DNA of 25,904 nucleotides from a virus (Duplodnaviria; Heunggongvirae; Uroviricota; Caudoviricetes): IMG/VR virus record IMGVR_UViG_2724679293_000033, positions 1 to 25,904 of that record; one strand, 5' to 3'. Shown piece by piece: positions 25,287 to 25,904 of this stretch (position 1 is its first letter; each line of letters starts with the position of its first letter). The notes under the pieces were generated by a model. It saw only the letters and a program-made list of their open reading frames with translations, ran no database searches and was not told where the DNA came from. The position numbers and the translations under genes were made by a program.

Positions 25287-25904
25287 ATGGGATTGTTTAC
25301 GACCCGCCAGTTACTCGGTTATACCGAACAAAAAGTGAAATTTCGTGCGCTGTTTCTGGAGCTGTTTTTCCGCCGTACGGTGAATTTCCATACCGAAGAG
25401 GTGATGCTGGACAAAATTACCGGAAAAACGCCGGTGGCGGCCTATGTCTCCCCGGTTGTTGAAGGAAAAGTGCTGCGTCATCGTGGTGGTGAAACCCGCG
25501 TGTTACGTCCGGGCTACGTCAAGCCGAAACACGAATTTAATTACCAGCAGGCGGTTGAGCGCCTTCCTGGTGAAGATCCGGCTCAACTGAACGATCCGGC
25601 TTACCGCCGTCTGCGTATCATTACCGATAACCTCAAACAGGAAGAGCACGCCATTGTCCAGGTGGAAGAAATGCAGGCGGTAAATGCTGTGTTGTATGGC
25701 AAATATACGATGGAAGGAGACCAGTTCGAGAAAATTGAGGTCGATTTTGGCAGGTCGACGAAGAATAACATCACTCAGGGTAGTGGTAAGGAGTGGTCAA
25801 AACAGGATCGTGACACGTTCGATCCTACACATGATCTTGACCTCTACTGCGACCAGGCCAGCGGTCTTGTGAATATTGCCATTATGGACGGTACCGTCTG
25901 GCGT
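25287..25904 (+). CDS. E: Major capsid protein E (3' end outside window)
   Basis: ORF open to the window end from ATG 25287 (AAAGGAA RBS); PGYVKPKHEFN, DPAYRRLRII, VEEMQAVNAVLYGKYTMEGD, NNITQGSGKEWSK parallel lambda gpE; not in the ORF track because no stop falls in the window. Confidence 0.9.
   Translation, partial: MGLFTTRQLLGYTEQKVKFRALFLELFFRRTVNFHTEEVMLDKITGKTPVAAYVSPVVEGKVLRHRGGETRVLRPGYVKPKHEFNYQQAVERLPGEDPAQLNDPAYRRLRIITDNLKQEEHAIVQVEEMQAVNAVLYGKYTMEGDQFEKIEVDFGRSTKNNITQGSGKEWSKQDRDTFDPTHDLDLYCDQASGLVNIAIMDGTVWR

Overview
This window reads as the left ~26 kb of an integrated lambdoid prophage, a mosaic of DLP12-like, phage-21-like and lambda-like modules. All homology statements are recalled from memory of lambda/DLP12/phage-21 proteins and read from motifs; no database search was run. 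Gene order: int-xis (minus) | early-left operon (TraR-like zinc finger, small ORFs, exo-bet-gam) | immunity region (cI, divergent pRM/pR, cro, operator-like repeats) | replication (CII-like, O with internal ori iterons, P apparently frameshifted) | nin region carrying an accessory cassette bounded by 92-bp direct repeats | ninB-ninE-ybcO-rusA-ylcG-Q | porin gene on the opposite strand | lysis cassette (S21-type holin, SAR endolysin, Rz/Rz1) | bor | perfect 475-bp tandem duplication carrying a ribbon-helix-helix gene | cos | terminase Nu1/A, W, portal B, C, D and the start of E. No tRNA, CRISPR array or IS element was recognised; attL would lie beyond the left edge. The best candidates for undescribed biology are small accessory modules I cannot assign to any family: (1) a two-gene module directly downstream of cI in the slot lambda uses for rexAB; (2) an overlapping HEPN-like/unknown gene pair inside the repeat-flanked nin cassette; (3) an orphan reverse-strand gene where lambda has ren. 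Also notable: an arginine-rich N-like start separated from the next ORF by one in-frame amber codon, and a disrupted P gene.
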